Shown in pieces: positions 1-9,483 of a stretch of DNA of 64,000 bases; positions within the stretch are counted from its first letter, which is position 1, and each line of letters starts with the position of its first letter. Made by a program: the position numbers and the translations under genes. The stretch is from Candidatus Dormiibacterota bacterium (GTDB taxonomy: Bacteria; Chloroflexota; Dormibacteria; Aeolococcales; Aeolococcaceae). The stretch spans positions 17,686 to 81,685 of the forward strand of contig CAVWRW010000002.1 of assembly GCA_963757475.1 (NCBI GenBank). The letters are read 5' to 3'. The notes beneath the pieces are model-generated. The model was given only the letters and a program-made list of their open reading frames with translations, had not been told where the DNA came from and ran no database searches.

Positions 1-1162
1 TCTCGATGATGGTTCCACGATCTATCTCGACGGCAACTCGATGGGACGTCTGCCCAAAGCGGCGTTGTCGCGATTGCAGGAGATGGCCGAACACGAATGG
101 GGCACGATCCTCGTGCGCGGCTGGACAGAGTCCGGCTGGATGGACTCGCCGCTCCGCGTCGGCCACGCCATCGGCGAGTTGATCGGTGCGATGCCGGGAG
201 AGGTGATCATCGCCGACAGCACGTCGGTGAGCCTCTTCAAGCTCATCACGGCCGTGCTGAGGGCCCGTCCCCGACGCCGGATCGTGCTCACCGAAGGGAG
301 CAATTTCCCGACCGACCTCTACATAGCGCAGGGTGTTGTCGACCTGCTCGGGTGCGAGCTCCGCGTTGTCGAGCGCGCGGAGTTGTTCGATGCGCTCGAC
401 GACGACACGGCGCTGCTGTGCCTGACGCATGTCGACTTCCGAAACGGCGAGCGTCACGACATGGCGGCGCTGAGCGCGGCCGCGCACGCAGTCGGCGCTC
501 TTGCGCTCTGGGATCTCTCACACTCCGCAGGCGCGGTCGAGATTCAGCTCCAGCGCGACGGCGCCGACCTCGCCGTGGGCTGCGGCTACAAATACCTCAA
601 CGGTGGCCCCGGTGCGCCGGCGTTTCTGCACGTCAGCACCGCGCTCCAGGACGAGTTGCGCAATCCCATCCAGGGTTGGCTCGGGCACGCCACGCCGTTC
701 ACGTTCCAGCCCGATTACCAGCCGGCGAACGGCATCCGCGCATGGATGAGCGGGTCGCCGCCAGTGCTCGCGATCGGCGCTCTTGGGGTGGGCGTCGACC
801 TCCACCTCGATGCAGGCCCACGGCGAATCGGCGAGAAGGCGGCGCTGCTGACCGAGGTATTCATCCGTCTTGCGCGCGCTCGCCTCGAACCCATCGGCTT
901 TGGGATCGCGACCCCAACTGACCCTGCGCAGCGCGGTGCGCAGGTCTCCCTGCGGCACCCCGATGGGCTCGCGATCGTCCGCGCGGTGGGGGATCGCGGC
1001 GTTATCGGTGACTTCCGCCCGCCCGATCTCTGTCGCTTCGGTCTCGCGCCGCTCTACACGCGTTTCGTCGACCTCTGGGATTCGGTCGAGCGCATCGTTG
1101 ACGTTGTCGAAAGCGGCACCTTCCGCCTGCCTCGATATCAGCAGGAAGTGGCGATTCCCTGA
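1..1162 (+). CDS. kynU: Kynureninase (PLP-dependent, aminotransferase class V fold); 5' end runs off the window
   Basis: Frame-2 translation from nt 2 reads ...IYLDGNSMGRLPK, continuous with the ORF 41..1162. The motif GCGYKYLNGGPGAPAFLHV matches the kynureninase signature SYKYLNxGPG; length and composition fit kynureninase. Confidence 0.8.
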   Translation, partial: LDDGSTIYLDGNSMGRLPKAALSRLQEMAEHEWGTILVRGWTESGWMDSPLRVGHAIGELIGAMPGEVIIADSTSVSLFKLITAVLRARPRRRIVLTEGSNFPTDLYIAQGVVDLLGCELRVVERAELFDALDDDTALLCLTHVDFRNGERHDMAALSAAAHAVGALALWDLSHSAGAVEIQLQRDGADLAVGCGYKYLNGGPGAPAFLHVSTALQDELRNPIQGWLGHATPFTFQPDYQPANGIRAWMSGSPPVLAIGALGVGVDLHLDAGPRRIGEKAALLTEVFIRLARARLEPIGFGIATPTDPAQRGAQVSLRHPDGLAIVRAVGDRGVIGDFRPPDLCRFGLAPLYTRFVDLWDSVERIVDVVESGTFRLPRYQQEVAIP

Positions 1163-1225
1163 GCCAATCGCGCGTCGCTGCCGCGATCATCCAGCGCCGC
1201 AATGCGGAACGCCGAGACTTGTCGC

Positions 1226-1930
1226 TCAGTGCCTCGTCGTCTGCTCCCTCGGTGTGCGCCATGCCGACCAGAAGGACCACGCGAAGATGAGCACGACCAT
1301 TCCGACAATGACCCAGAGCGCGTAATTGCTGACGGTTTGCGCGACGGTGACTGCAGGCTGACCGATCATCCAGCCCAGGCCGACGATCAGCCCGATGTAG
1401 ATGAGCGTGCCGATGAGGTCCGCAACGATGAAGAGAAGAAATGGCATCCCCGCCTCACCGGCAGCCATGTAGAAGAGCGGTGAGGGCACGGGAAGGATCG
1501 GAGCCAGCACCACTGTCCACACACCGTATTTCTGGAAGAAGCGTTCGCCGCGCGCAGCACGCCGCCGCCAGCGCGGATCCGTCGCGCTGAGGTAGTTGAT
1601 GAGGCCGCGTCCGTAGCGCTTCCCGGCCCAGAAGAAGAAAGGGTCGGTAATCATCGAGATCGGGATCGGCGCGATCAGCGCGAGCAGGAGCGGCACCTTG
1701 CCCACCCGGGCAAAGGCGCCGGCAGTCACCATCGAGGCGATGGTGCCGCGCAGTGCGCTCAGCAGCAGCGGGTTCCTGCCGAGGAGCAGCGGCGTCAGCG
1801 GAATCCCCGCGTAGTAGTAGATCGAGTTGAGGATGATCGGGCCGACACACAGGACGTCCTTGACTCCGATCGTGGGTCGCGGGCGCTGAGGCTCCGCGGC
1901 GGCGTCGACGATCAGGGTCTCGCTGTCCAC
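1226..1930 (-). CDS. DedA/SNARE-associated (VTT domain) inner-membrane protein
   Basis: 234-aa polytopic membrane ORF with DedA-like motifs FWAGKRYGRGL and KYGVWTVVLAPILP. Confidence 0.7.
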   Translation of the reverse strand: MDSETLIVDAAAEPQRPRPTIGVKDVLCVGPIILNSIYYYAGIPLTPLLLGRNPLLLSALRGTIASMVTAGAFARVGKVPLLLALIAPIPISMITDPFFFWAGKRYGRGLINYLSATDPRWRRRAARGERFFQKYGVWTVVLAPILPVPSPLFYMAAGEAGMPFLLFIVADLIGTLIYIGLIVGLGWMIGQPAVTVAQTVSNYALWVIVGMVVLIFAWSFWSAWRTPREQTTRH

Positions 1931-1965
1931 CCGCCCATTGTCGCCCCTCTCCTCCGCGGACGCGG

Positions 1966-2937
1966 TCAGGCGACCTCGGAGACGGGCTCCTCGAAGGTTG
2001 CGGCGGGCTCCGCTTTCACACGCGATTGTCCGACCAGGAGCAGTGCGACCGCGCCGACGATTAACGCGGCGGCGACGAGCGTCATCGGCGTCACCGCCTC
2101 GCCGAGCACGATGGCACCGAGCGCCACTGCGACGACCGGGTTCACGAACGCATACGTCGAAGCTGCTGTGGCGGAAACGTTGTGCAGGAGCCAGATGTAC
2201 GCGACGTAGCCGACGAGCGCGCCGACCAGGATGAGATAGACAAACGCCGCGACGGACGCGAAGGAGATGGTGGAGAGGTGGACATGACCCAGCTCACCGT
2301 TGGCGATCCCGGCAAGGATGAGCAGCACCCCGCCGGCGACCATCTCCATCGCGATCGCGGTCAACGGTTGCTTCGGCGCCGGAGCGTTGCGCGCATAGAG
2401 CGATCCGATCGCCCACAACAGCGGTGAGAGCAGGAGCACGAGGGTCTGCCAGTGACCGGCGCCGGCGCCGCCGGGACGGACGAGCAGGACGATCCCGACG
2501 AGTTCGAGCGCAATACCGGCGGCTGCGGTCCAGTTGATCCAGCGACCGCCGAACAGGGGCGCGAACAGCGCCATCCAGAGCGGGACGGTCGCGACGATGA
2601 GCGCCACGAATCCGGACGGCAGGTACTGCTCGCCCCAGGAGACGCCGCCATTGCCGAAGAGGAGCAGGCAGGCTCCGACGATCAGGGCGGAGCGCCAGTG
2701 CACCCGAGTGAGCCGCTCCCTCGGCTGCCCGGGGCGCCGGGCGAAGGCGTAGAGGAGCAGGCCCGCGACGATGAATCGCACGCCCGACATGAGGAACGCG
2801 GGCAGCGTCTCGATCGCGATGTGGATCGCGAGATACGTCGACCCCCAGACCACGTAGACGAGCGCGAACGCCACGATGATTTGCGTTCGCGAGGCGCGGG
2901 GGGACGAGATCTGAAGAGTGGACACGCTCGAAGTCAT
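1966..2937 (-). CDS. EamA/DMT-family transporter (10-TM drug/metabolite exporter)
   Basis: 323-aa hydrophobic ORF with the duplicated EamA pattern (LVYVVWGSTYLAIHIAIETLP...). It is divergent from a MocR-type regulator, a common pairing. Confidence 0.75.
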   Translation of the reverse strand: MTSSVSTLQISSPRASRTQIIVAFALVYVVWGSTYLAIHIAIETLPAFLMSGVRFIVAGLLLYAFARRPGQPRERLTRVHWRSALIVGACLLLFGNGGVSWGEQYLPSGFVALIVATVPLWMALFAPLFGGRWINWTAAAGIALELVGIVLLVRPGGAGAGHWQTLVLLLSPLLWAIGSLYARNAPAPKQPLTAIAMEMVAGGVLLILAGIANGELGHVHLSTISFASVAAFVYLILVGALVGYVAYIWLLHNVSATAASTYAFVNPVVAVALGAIVLGEAVTPMTLVAAALIVGAVALLLVGQSRVKAEPAATFEEPVSEVA

Positions 2938-2955
2938 TTGTTATGGTACAAAGCA

Positions 2956-4282
2956 GTGAACGTACCGATACGTTATCACATCACCGGTCGACGAGCCTCC
3001 GAAATCGCGGAGAGCATCGAGCGCGGCATCCGCGAAGGCGATCTCACGGCTGGCACTCGTTTGCCGACTGTCCGCTCGCTCGCGTCGCACCGCGGGATCA
3101 GCACTGCCACGGTCGCTTCCGCGTACCGGGAGCTCCGCCGGCGCGGTCTCGTCGCAGGCGCGGGCCGGCTCGGGACGAGCATCGCGCCGCGCGTCCCGCC
3201 GTCCCCCCGCGGCCGCCCGATCGTCCCGCCAGGCGTTCGTGACCTCCTCTCGGGCAACCCGGATCCGGCGTTGCTCCCGGACCTCGGTCCGGCGCTCGCC
3301 GCACTGCCCCACGAGCCAGTCCTCTACGGCACCCCCGGCTCCGATGCCGGAGTTGCTCGCCCTCGCCGGCGCCAGGCTTGAGGCCGATGGCGTCTCGAGT
3401 GAGCACATGACCGTTGTGGGCGGGGCGCTCGACGGCGTCCAACTTGCGCTGACGGCGCACCTCAGACCCGGCGACCGCATCGCCGTCGAAGACCCGTGCT
3501 ACCCGGGCATCATCGACCTCGCGTCCGCGCTGGGCCTCGCAGTCCTCCCGATGGCCATCGACGATCGCGGTCCGACCCCCGAGGCGCTCGCACGTGCGCT
3601 GCGCTCCGGAGCCACTGCCTGCGCGCTGACCCCACGTGCGCAGAACCCCTTTGGATCGGCTGTCGACGCTGAGCGCGCGCAGGAGTTGCGCTCGGTCCTC
3701 GACGGACATCCCGGTGTTCTCGTCATTGAAGATGACCATGCTTTCGATATCACAGAACGGCCGTGCAACACGCTTTGTGAGCCGGGACGTGCACGCTGGG
3801 TGCACCTCCGTTCGGTGTCGAAGTCGCTCGGACCTGACCTGCGCCTTGCCATCCTCGCCGGGGATGCGACCACGGTCGCGCGGGTCGAGGGTCGCCGGCT
3901 GCTTGCGGCCGGATGGGTGTCACATCTGTTGCAGCACCTCGTCGTCGCTCTCTGGAACGACCCGGACGAGGCAGCGCGCGCCGACCTCGTCGCCGAGACG
4001 TACACACGCCGTCGCGAAGCGCTCCGTGCGGCGCTGCGCGAGCGCGGCATCAACTCGCACGGCCGCTCCGGTCTCAACGTCTGGATTCCCGTCGCCCACG
4101 AGGATGCGACCGTCGCCGCGCTCCAGGAATATGGTTGGGGCGTGCTCGCCGGTGATCGATTCCGCATCGCCAGCGGGCGCGGTATCCGGGTGACCACCGC
4201 ACGTCTCGAGCCTGAGGATGCCGTCCGGTTTGCGGCCGATCTCGAGGCGGCGCTCACGCCGCAACCCTCGCGGCTCAGTTGA
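2956..4282 (+). CDS. MocR/GabR-family regulator (GntR wHTH plus PLP aminotransferase-like domain); one +1 frameshift near nt 3345-3360
   Basis: GTG at 2956; N-terminal HTH ASEIAESIERGIREGDLTAGTRLPTVRSLASHRGISTATVASAYRELRRRGLV. The aminotransferase domain continues in the next frame (ORF 3239..4282: PELLALAGARLEADGV...VVGGALDGVQLAL). The frame switch maps to a C5 run (ggcacccccggc). Confidence 0.7.
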
Positions 4283-5059
4283 GCGGCGAGGAGCCGATGT
4301 ACATGAACCGGGAGCGCGCGCTCTCGTTCGGTGGCGTCGCGGAGCAGTACGACCGCGCGCGTCCGTCGTATCCGCCCGCGCTCATCGACCGGCTGATGGA
4401 GTGGTCACCGCGACAGGTGCTCGACGTCGGCTGCGGCACCGGCAGAGCATCGCGATTGATGATCGCGCGCGGCGTGCGACGTGCTCGGCGTCGAGCCGGA
4501 CCCGTCCATGGCTGCCATCGCGCGGAGTCACGGCGTCTCCGTTGAAGCCGGCACGTTCGAGGAATGGGACTCGAAGCAGCGGATGTTCGACCTCGTGATG
4601 TCCGGTCAAGCGTGGCACTGGGTTCAGCCCGAGGCCGGCACCGCCAAGGCAGCATCGGTGCTCCGCCCCAGTGGTCACATCGCGCTGTTCTGGAATCGCG
4701 GCCGCCACGATCCCGAGACGGGCGCCGCACTCGACGCCGTCTACGCTCGCCTCGCACCGTCGATCGTGCAGCCACCGGTAACCGACCTCCGTCCGCAGGT
4801 GGATGTCCATGACGAACGCGATGCGCTCGGAAACAGCGACCAGTTCTCCGGCGTGAAGACCGAGGAGTTCTCCTGGGAAGCGGTGTACGACCGAGCCGCC
4901 TGGCTCGACGTCATCGCAACGCACAGCGATCACGTGACACTCCCCGACGCGACGCGGGCCGCGCTTCTTGACGCCGTCGGCGATGTCATCGATCGCCGCG
5001 GCGGCAGCATCGCCTACTCCTACTCGACATTGCTGCTCCTGGCCACACGGGGTCGGTGA
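4279..5059 (+). CDS. Class I SAM-dependent methyltransferase; one frameshift near nt 4476
   Basis: VLDVGCGTGRASRLM (SAM-binding motif I) in ORF 4279..4545 continues as VLGVEPDPSMAAIAR... in ORF 4481..5059. An apparent 1-nt insertion in ggcgtgcgacgtg (expected RGCDVLGVEPD). Confidence 0.65.
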
Positions 5060-5145
5060 CACTCGCCGTACCATCGACGCGATGGCCAGTGCGGAAGCCG
5101 TGTACCTGCTCGCGACCCCGCAACGGGCGTCATGATCAGCCGTCC

Positions 5146-5355
5146 ATGAGCTCCGTGGCTCAAGAGGCCCGAGCACTCGGCAAGCGCATGCTCTCGCGGC
5201 GCTACAACGACCCGCCGCACACGATCACGAGCATCGACGCCGCGATTGAAGAGCTGGCTGCACTGCAGCGTGTGGCGATCAACTCCGAGGATACCGAGGC
5301 ACTGCAGGAGGTGCTCGATGAGTTCACCGTGGTTCGCGACCGCCTCGCGTCATGA
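5146..5355 (+). CDS. Small hypothetical protein (about 69 aa)
   Basis: ATG at 5146 inside ORF 5056..5355; no recognisable domain. Confidence 0.3.
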   Translation: MSSVAQEARALGKRMLSRRYNDPPHTITSIDAAIEELAALQRVAINSEDTEALQEVLDEFTVVRDRLAS

Positions 5356-5606
5356 ACCCGCGTCATCATCGAGACGATCAGGGCTGACGGCAACGTAGCC
5401 GTCGCACCGGATGACCGGAAGCGGCGGGTACCGGACAAATCGCGGATCCGTGTCGGCGAGACCACAGCGGAGAAAGCTGGACCGCGCGCCGGGAACGAGG
5501 CGAGCGTGTGCGCAGCTGCCACAAAGTCCCGGACGCGCCGGTGGAGTCACGGACACGGAGACATCGTGCACGTCTTCGCCGTGCAAGCGCTTACCATGCG
5601 CGAACC

Positions 5607-6488
5607 ATGCCCGCAAAGACCGTCAACGAGCACATCGACAAAGCCATTCGCAAAATCGACAAATCGAAGAACATCGACCACTGGGACCGCAACCTCGGGC
5701 GGTATGACGCCGAGGAGTTGATGGCCGAGGTGCTCGGCCGCAAGCTCACGCCGAGACTGTTCGACAGCGTGCTCGATGCACAGGCGAAAGAGCGATATAC
5801 AGCGATGGTGCAGCGACGCGTCAACGGCGAGCCGATCCCCCGCATCATGGGTCACTTCCGGTTCCGCGGCCTCGACATGCTCGTCAAGGAAGGCGTCTTC
5901 GTGCCGCGTGCGTCGAGCGAGTTCCTCGCGGAGGAGGCAGTCAAGGCGATGCGCTGGCGCAGAGGCCGCAAGGTCGCCGTCGATGTCGCGACCGGAGCCG
6001 GCCCTGTCGCGCTCGCCATCGCGAACGAGGTGCGCAGCGCGGAAGTCTGGGGTATCGACATCTCCGCAGCGGCAACGGCGCTCGGCCGTGCGAACGCGCG
6101 CCGCCTCGGCCTCGCGAACGCCCACTTCCGCAGCGGCGACATGCTCGCCGCACTGCCGCGAACGCTGCGCGGCGAGATCGACCTCTTCACGATTCATCCG
6201 CCATACGTCCTGCACACGGAGCTGAACACGTTGCCCCGCGAGATCCGGGAGTTCGAACCGCTGCAGTCGCTGACCGACAACTCCGATGACGGGCTCGGCC
6301 TGGTTCGGCGGCTCGCGGCCGACGCGCACGCGTGGCTCAAACCCGGTGGCGTGCTGCTCGTCGAGGTCGGTACGTACCTGTCGCGGCGCACGCAATCGGT
6401 GCTCCGCGCGGCGCAACTCGTTGACGTCCGCTGGGCGAAGGACTCGCTCGGCGTCACGCGAGTCGTGTCGGGTCGCACCCCTCGGTAG
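5607..6488 (+). CDS. prmC: HemK/PrmC-like N5-glutamine (protein) methyltransferase
   Basis: Architecture RVNGEPIPRIMGHFRFRGLDMLVKEGVFVPRASSE ... VAVDVATGAGPVALAIA ... WGIDIS ... DLFTIHPPYV matches HemK (GEPxxYI, TG-G-I, (N/H)PPY). ATG at 5607. Confidence 0.6.
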   Translation: MPAKTVNEHIDKAIRKIDKSKNIDHWDRNLGRYDAEELMAEVLGRKLTPRLFDSVLDAQAKERYTAMVQRRVNGEPIPRIMGHFRFRGLDMLVKEGVFVPRASSEFLAEEAVKAMRWRRGRKVAVDVATGAGPVALAIANEVRSAEVWGIDISAAATALGRANARRLGLANAHFRSGDMLAALPRTLRGEIDLFTIHPPYVLHTELNTLPREIREFEPLQSLTDNSDDGLGLVRRLAADAHAWLKPGGVLLVEVGTYLSRRTQSVLRAAQLVDVRWAKDSLGVTRVVSGRTPR

Positions 6489-6512
6489 ACGGTGAGCGGG
6501 AGGCGCCTGCCG

Positions 6513-6881
6513 CTACGCTCGGGTGGCGCGACGTCCGTAGGTGATGTGGCACATGGGCACGCGATGTTTGATCGTGCGTCCTCCGCCACGTCCAGGGATC
6601 TGGTGCGTGACGTACGGCTCGCCCACGGACTCGGATGTCACCCAGTAGCCGAGCGCTTGCAGGCGTTGTAAGTCGCGGACGTAGTCACTGGCACGCCAGT
6701 ACCGACGCTCAACAGTGTCGGGGGCGGGTCGCTCGCTCGCGAGCTTGCGCGCCGCTCGAGCGAGACCACGCTCGCGAAACGGCGCTGCCAGGTCGAGCGT
6801 ATCGCCGGCGCGGTACACCGTGGTCACGAGACCAAGTGCAGCCAATGCAACGAGCAGGACGAGGAGGCTTGTGAGCGTCAT
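6513..6881 (-). CDS. Hypothetical membrane-anchored protein (single N-terminal TM)
   Basis: 122-aa ORF with hydrophobic N-terminus LLVLLVALAALGLVTTV; no domain recognised. Confidence 0.3.
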   Translation of the reverse strand: MTLTSLLVLLVALAALGLVTTVYRAGDTLDLAAPFRERGLARAARKLASERPAPDTVERRYWRASDYVRDLQRLQALGYWVTSESVGEPYVTHQIPGRGGGRTIKHRVPMCHITYGRRATRA

Positions 6882-6923
6882 CGCATGCCGAGTCTACCGC
6901 CGCGGTCCGGGTGCAGCGATCGC

Positions 6924-8306
6924 CTAGTGGTGGAAGCCGGCGCGATGCGGGTGGTCCACCGCCGGCACATGGTGCTTGAGGATGGCGACCTCTCGTTTGA
7001 GGTCGTCGATGAGGAGATCCGATAGGTCACGCGAGAATCCGTTGCGCACCACCACGCGAAGCACCGAGATGTTCTCGAGGTTGGCGCACAGCGAATAGGC
7101 CGGAACCTGCCAGCCGCGTTTGCGCAGCGCGTCGGAGACGTCGTACACGCTGTAACCCGCGTCGGGGTCGACGGTGAACGCGAACACAGGCAGCTCGCTG
7201 CCGTCGGTCAGCAGCCGGAATGGGGCGATCTTGGCGATGCGTGCAGAGAGACTCATCGCGGTGTCCTGACAGGACTGCTGCACGCGCCGGTATCCCTCGA
7301 ACCCGAGACGGATCAACTGGTAGTACTGGGCGATGACGTTGGATCCGGACCGTGAGAAGTTGAGCGCGAAGGTCGGCATGCTCCCGCCGAGGTAGTTCAC
7401 CTCGAAGATGAGATCGGCGGGCAGCGACTCGTGACTCCGCCAGACCACCCAGCCGACTCCCGGATACACGAGACCGTACTTGTGGCCCGACGTGTTGATC
7501 GAGACGACGCGGTCGATGCGGAAGTCCCAGCGCAGGTCGGGCTGAATGAACGGCGCGATGAAGCCGCCAGAGGCAGCATCGACATGCAGCGGGACGTCGG
7601 GTCCGCCGCCATCCTGGAGTGCCTGCAACGCGTCGGCGATCGCGGCGACGGGCTCGTAGCTGCCGTCCTGCGTCGAGCCGAGTACAGCGACGACTCCAAT
7701 GGTGTTCTCGTCGCAGAGCGGCACCGCCGTCTCTGCGGTGAGATGACGGCGCTCGCCTTCCATCATCGCGTAGCGCGGCTCGACGTCCCAGTACCTGCAG
7801 AACTTCTCCCAGCAGACTTGCACGTTGATGCCCATGACGAGGTTCGGCCGGTCGCTCGCCAGGCCTGCCGTTTTCCGCCGTTCGCGCCAGCGCCACTTGA
7901 GCGCCAGCCCCGCGAGCATCGCCGCCTCGCTCGAGCCCGTCGTCGAGCACCCGACACCTGCATGCACGCCGGGGGCGTGCCAGAGACCGGCGAGCATGTG
8001 GACGCAGCGGCGCTCCAACTCAGCCGTCTGCGGATACTCGTCCTTGTCGATGACGTTCTTGTCGACGAACTCGTCCATGAGGCGCTGCGCCTGCGGCTCC
8101 ATCCATGTCGTGACGAACGTCGCCAGGTTGAGCCGGGCGTTGCCGTCGAGCATCAGCTCGTCATGGATGATCTGGTACGCGAGGTCCGGGGGTAGCTCAC
8201 CTTTCGGGAGGTGGAACTTCGGCACGGTCTCGCCCGGTCGAGCGTAGAGCGGGTTGATGTCGATGGTCGCGTCAGCGTCGTCGTGCGCGCGATGGTGCAG
8301 CGCCAT
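6924..8306 (-). CDS. gadB: Glutamate decarboxylase (PLP-dependent, group II)
   Basis: 460 aa; motif SINTSGHKYGLVYPGVGWVVWR (the GAD Lys-PLP region SxxxSGHKFGLxxxGxGWVxWR) plus an N-terminal region typical of GAD. Confidence 0.85.
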   Translation of the reverse strand: MALHHRAHDDADATIDINPLYARPGETVPKFHLPKGELPPDLAYQIIHDELMLDGNARLNLATFVTTWMEPQAQRLMDEFVDKNVIDKDEYPQTAELERRCVHMLAGLWHAPGVHAGVGCSTTGSSEAAMLAGLALKWRWRERRKTAGLASDRPNLVMGINVQVCWEKFCRYWDVEPRYAMMEGERRHLTAETAVPLCDENTIGVVAVLGSTQDGSYEPVAAIADALQALQDGGGPDVPLHVDAASGGFIAPFIQPDLRWDFRIDRVVSINTSGHKYGLVYPGVGWVVWRSHESLPADLIFEVNYLGGSMPTFALNFSRSGSNVIAQYYQLIRLGFEGYRRVQQSCQDTAMSLSARIAKIAPFRLLTDGSELPVFAFTVDPDAGYSVYDVSDALRKRGWQVPAYSLCANLENISVLRVVVRNGFSRDLSDLLIDDLKREVAILKHHVPAVDHPHRAGFHH

Positions 8307-8319
8307 CGTCAGTCCCCCG

Positions 8320-9480
8320 TTATGTGCTGATGTCGGTCAAGTCCGGGGCAACGGCCTCGCTCAGCGATATTGCAGTACGGCCAGTCAGCTCTGTTGATGT
8401 GTCGGCGACGCCGTGGAGCGCCGCCAGCTCAGCTTCGAGACGGTCGGTCCGATCCATGGCCATCATCAGCTGATGGCGCAGCCCGTCCATCTCGTGCTCG
8501 AGCGCAACGTTGGAGTCGATGACGCGGAGCAGTTCGTCGCGCAGCAACGACGCCTGACGGATCGGGTCGGGATCGCTGGTGATCGCGCCGACGCGCTCGA
8601 CTTCCTGATGGCGCCAGCGGGTAGCGAGCAGCGTCAGTGTGCCGTCCGGCGGGCGGTAGGAGCGCGCGCCGGCCTCGACCACCCTGCGGATGATCGCCGG
8701 TCCGCTCCCGGTGTTGAGTCGCTGGCGTAGGTGAAGAGGATGGCGCGGTGGCGGATCGGTGAGTCCGAACCGCGGCCAGTAGATGCGTACCGCGCCGTCA
8801 TAGACCGACAGCATGTGCAGCCGTTTCGTGAGTCGATGCGAATCCTCGACGCGGGGCATGACGTAGACGTGCGCGAGTCCGCAGAGCTCGCGAGCGGCTA
8901 GCTCCGGATCGCCGGCATTGGCGGGGTATCGCCCGTCTTGCTCCTTGACCGCGCTGAACAGCACCACGGGGAGGCGCCGTCCCGGGTCGAGGAGGCATCC
9001 CTGCACGAGGGCGTCGATCTGCTCGCTGCCGATGACGGCCTCCGTCGTCGCATGCACGCGCTGCGTCCCTGCGGTGGCGCCGCGTGCAACGAGATCGTGG
9101 AGCAATTCGATGAGCGGAGGATGCAGTGGCGACGGAGGGACTCGGTGATGCGTCATGTCCTGCTCGACAGAGATGCCGATCTCCACGGAGTCATCCGTAC
9201 GAACGATGTCGATTGTGGTCAGCCACAGTGTCGATGGATCCCAAGCGTCCGGACGATGCACGGCGATACGACACAACGATTGATTGCCCGAGTCGCAGCG
9301 AATCGAGTAGACGCTGATGCCGGCTTCCTGCAGCTCACCTTCTGCAAACAAATCCGTTGCAGTCTTAAGACCTGTCGTTCCCCAGAGCCAGGTTCTTTGA
9401 GCTGCGGCTTCGAAAACCGCAACTCCGGGCACCCCCTTATGGTCGAGGGTGAGTCTCGCCCCAAGGGCGCGGAACATCAC
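8320..9480 (-). CDS. Hypothetical 386-aa protein (N-terminal globular region plus C-terminal coiled coil), between two decarboxylase genes
   Basis: Long intact ORF spaced 4 and 14 nt from the flanking same-strand decarboxylase genes. The C-terminal about 60 aa is heptad-like (LLRDELLRVIDSNVALEHEMDGLRHQLMMAMDRTDRLEAELAAL). No known family recognised by eye. Confidence 0.5.
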   Translation of the reverse strand: MMFRALGARLTLDHKGVPGVAVFEAAAQRTWLWGTTGLKTATDLFAEGELQEAGISVYSIRCDSGNQSLCRIAVHRPDAWDPSTLWLTTIDIVRTDDSVEIGISVEQDMTHHRVPPSPLHPPLIELLHDLVARGATAGTQRVHATTEAVIGSEQIDALVQGCLLDPGRRLPVVLFSAVKEQDGRYPANAGDPELAARELCGLAHVYVMPRVEDSHRLTKRLHMLSVYDGAVRIYWPRFGLTDPPPRHPLHLRQRLNTGSGPAIIRRVVEAGARSYRPPDGTLTLLATRWRHQEVERVGAITSDPDPIRQASLLRDELLRVIDSNVALEHEMDGLRHQLMMAMDRTDRLEAELAALHGVADTSTELTGRTAISLSEAVAPDLTDIST

Positions 9481-9483
9481 CGA

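Noticed and set aside
97-921. 274-aa + strand ORF overlapping the kynureninase gene in another frame
   Set aside because: It shows Arg-rich, low-complexity translation, and the kynureninase frame carries the real homology.
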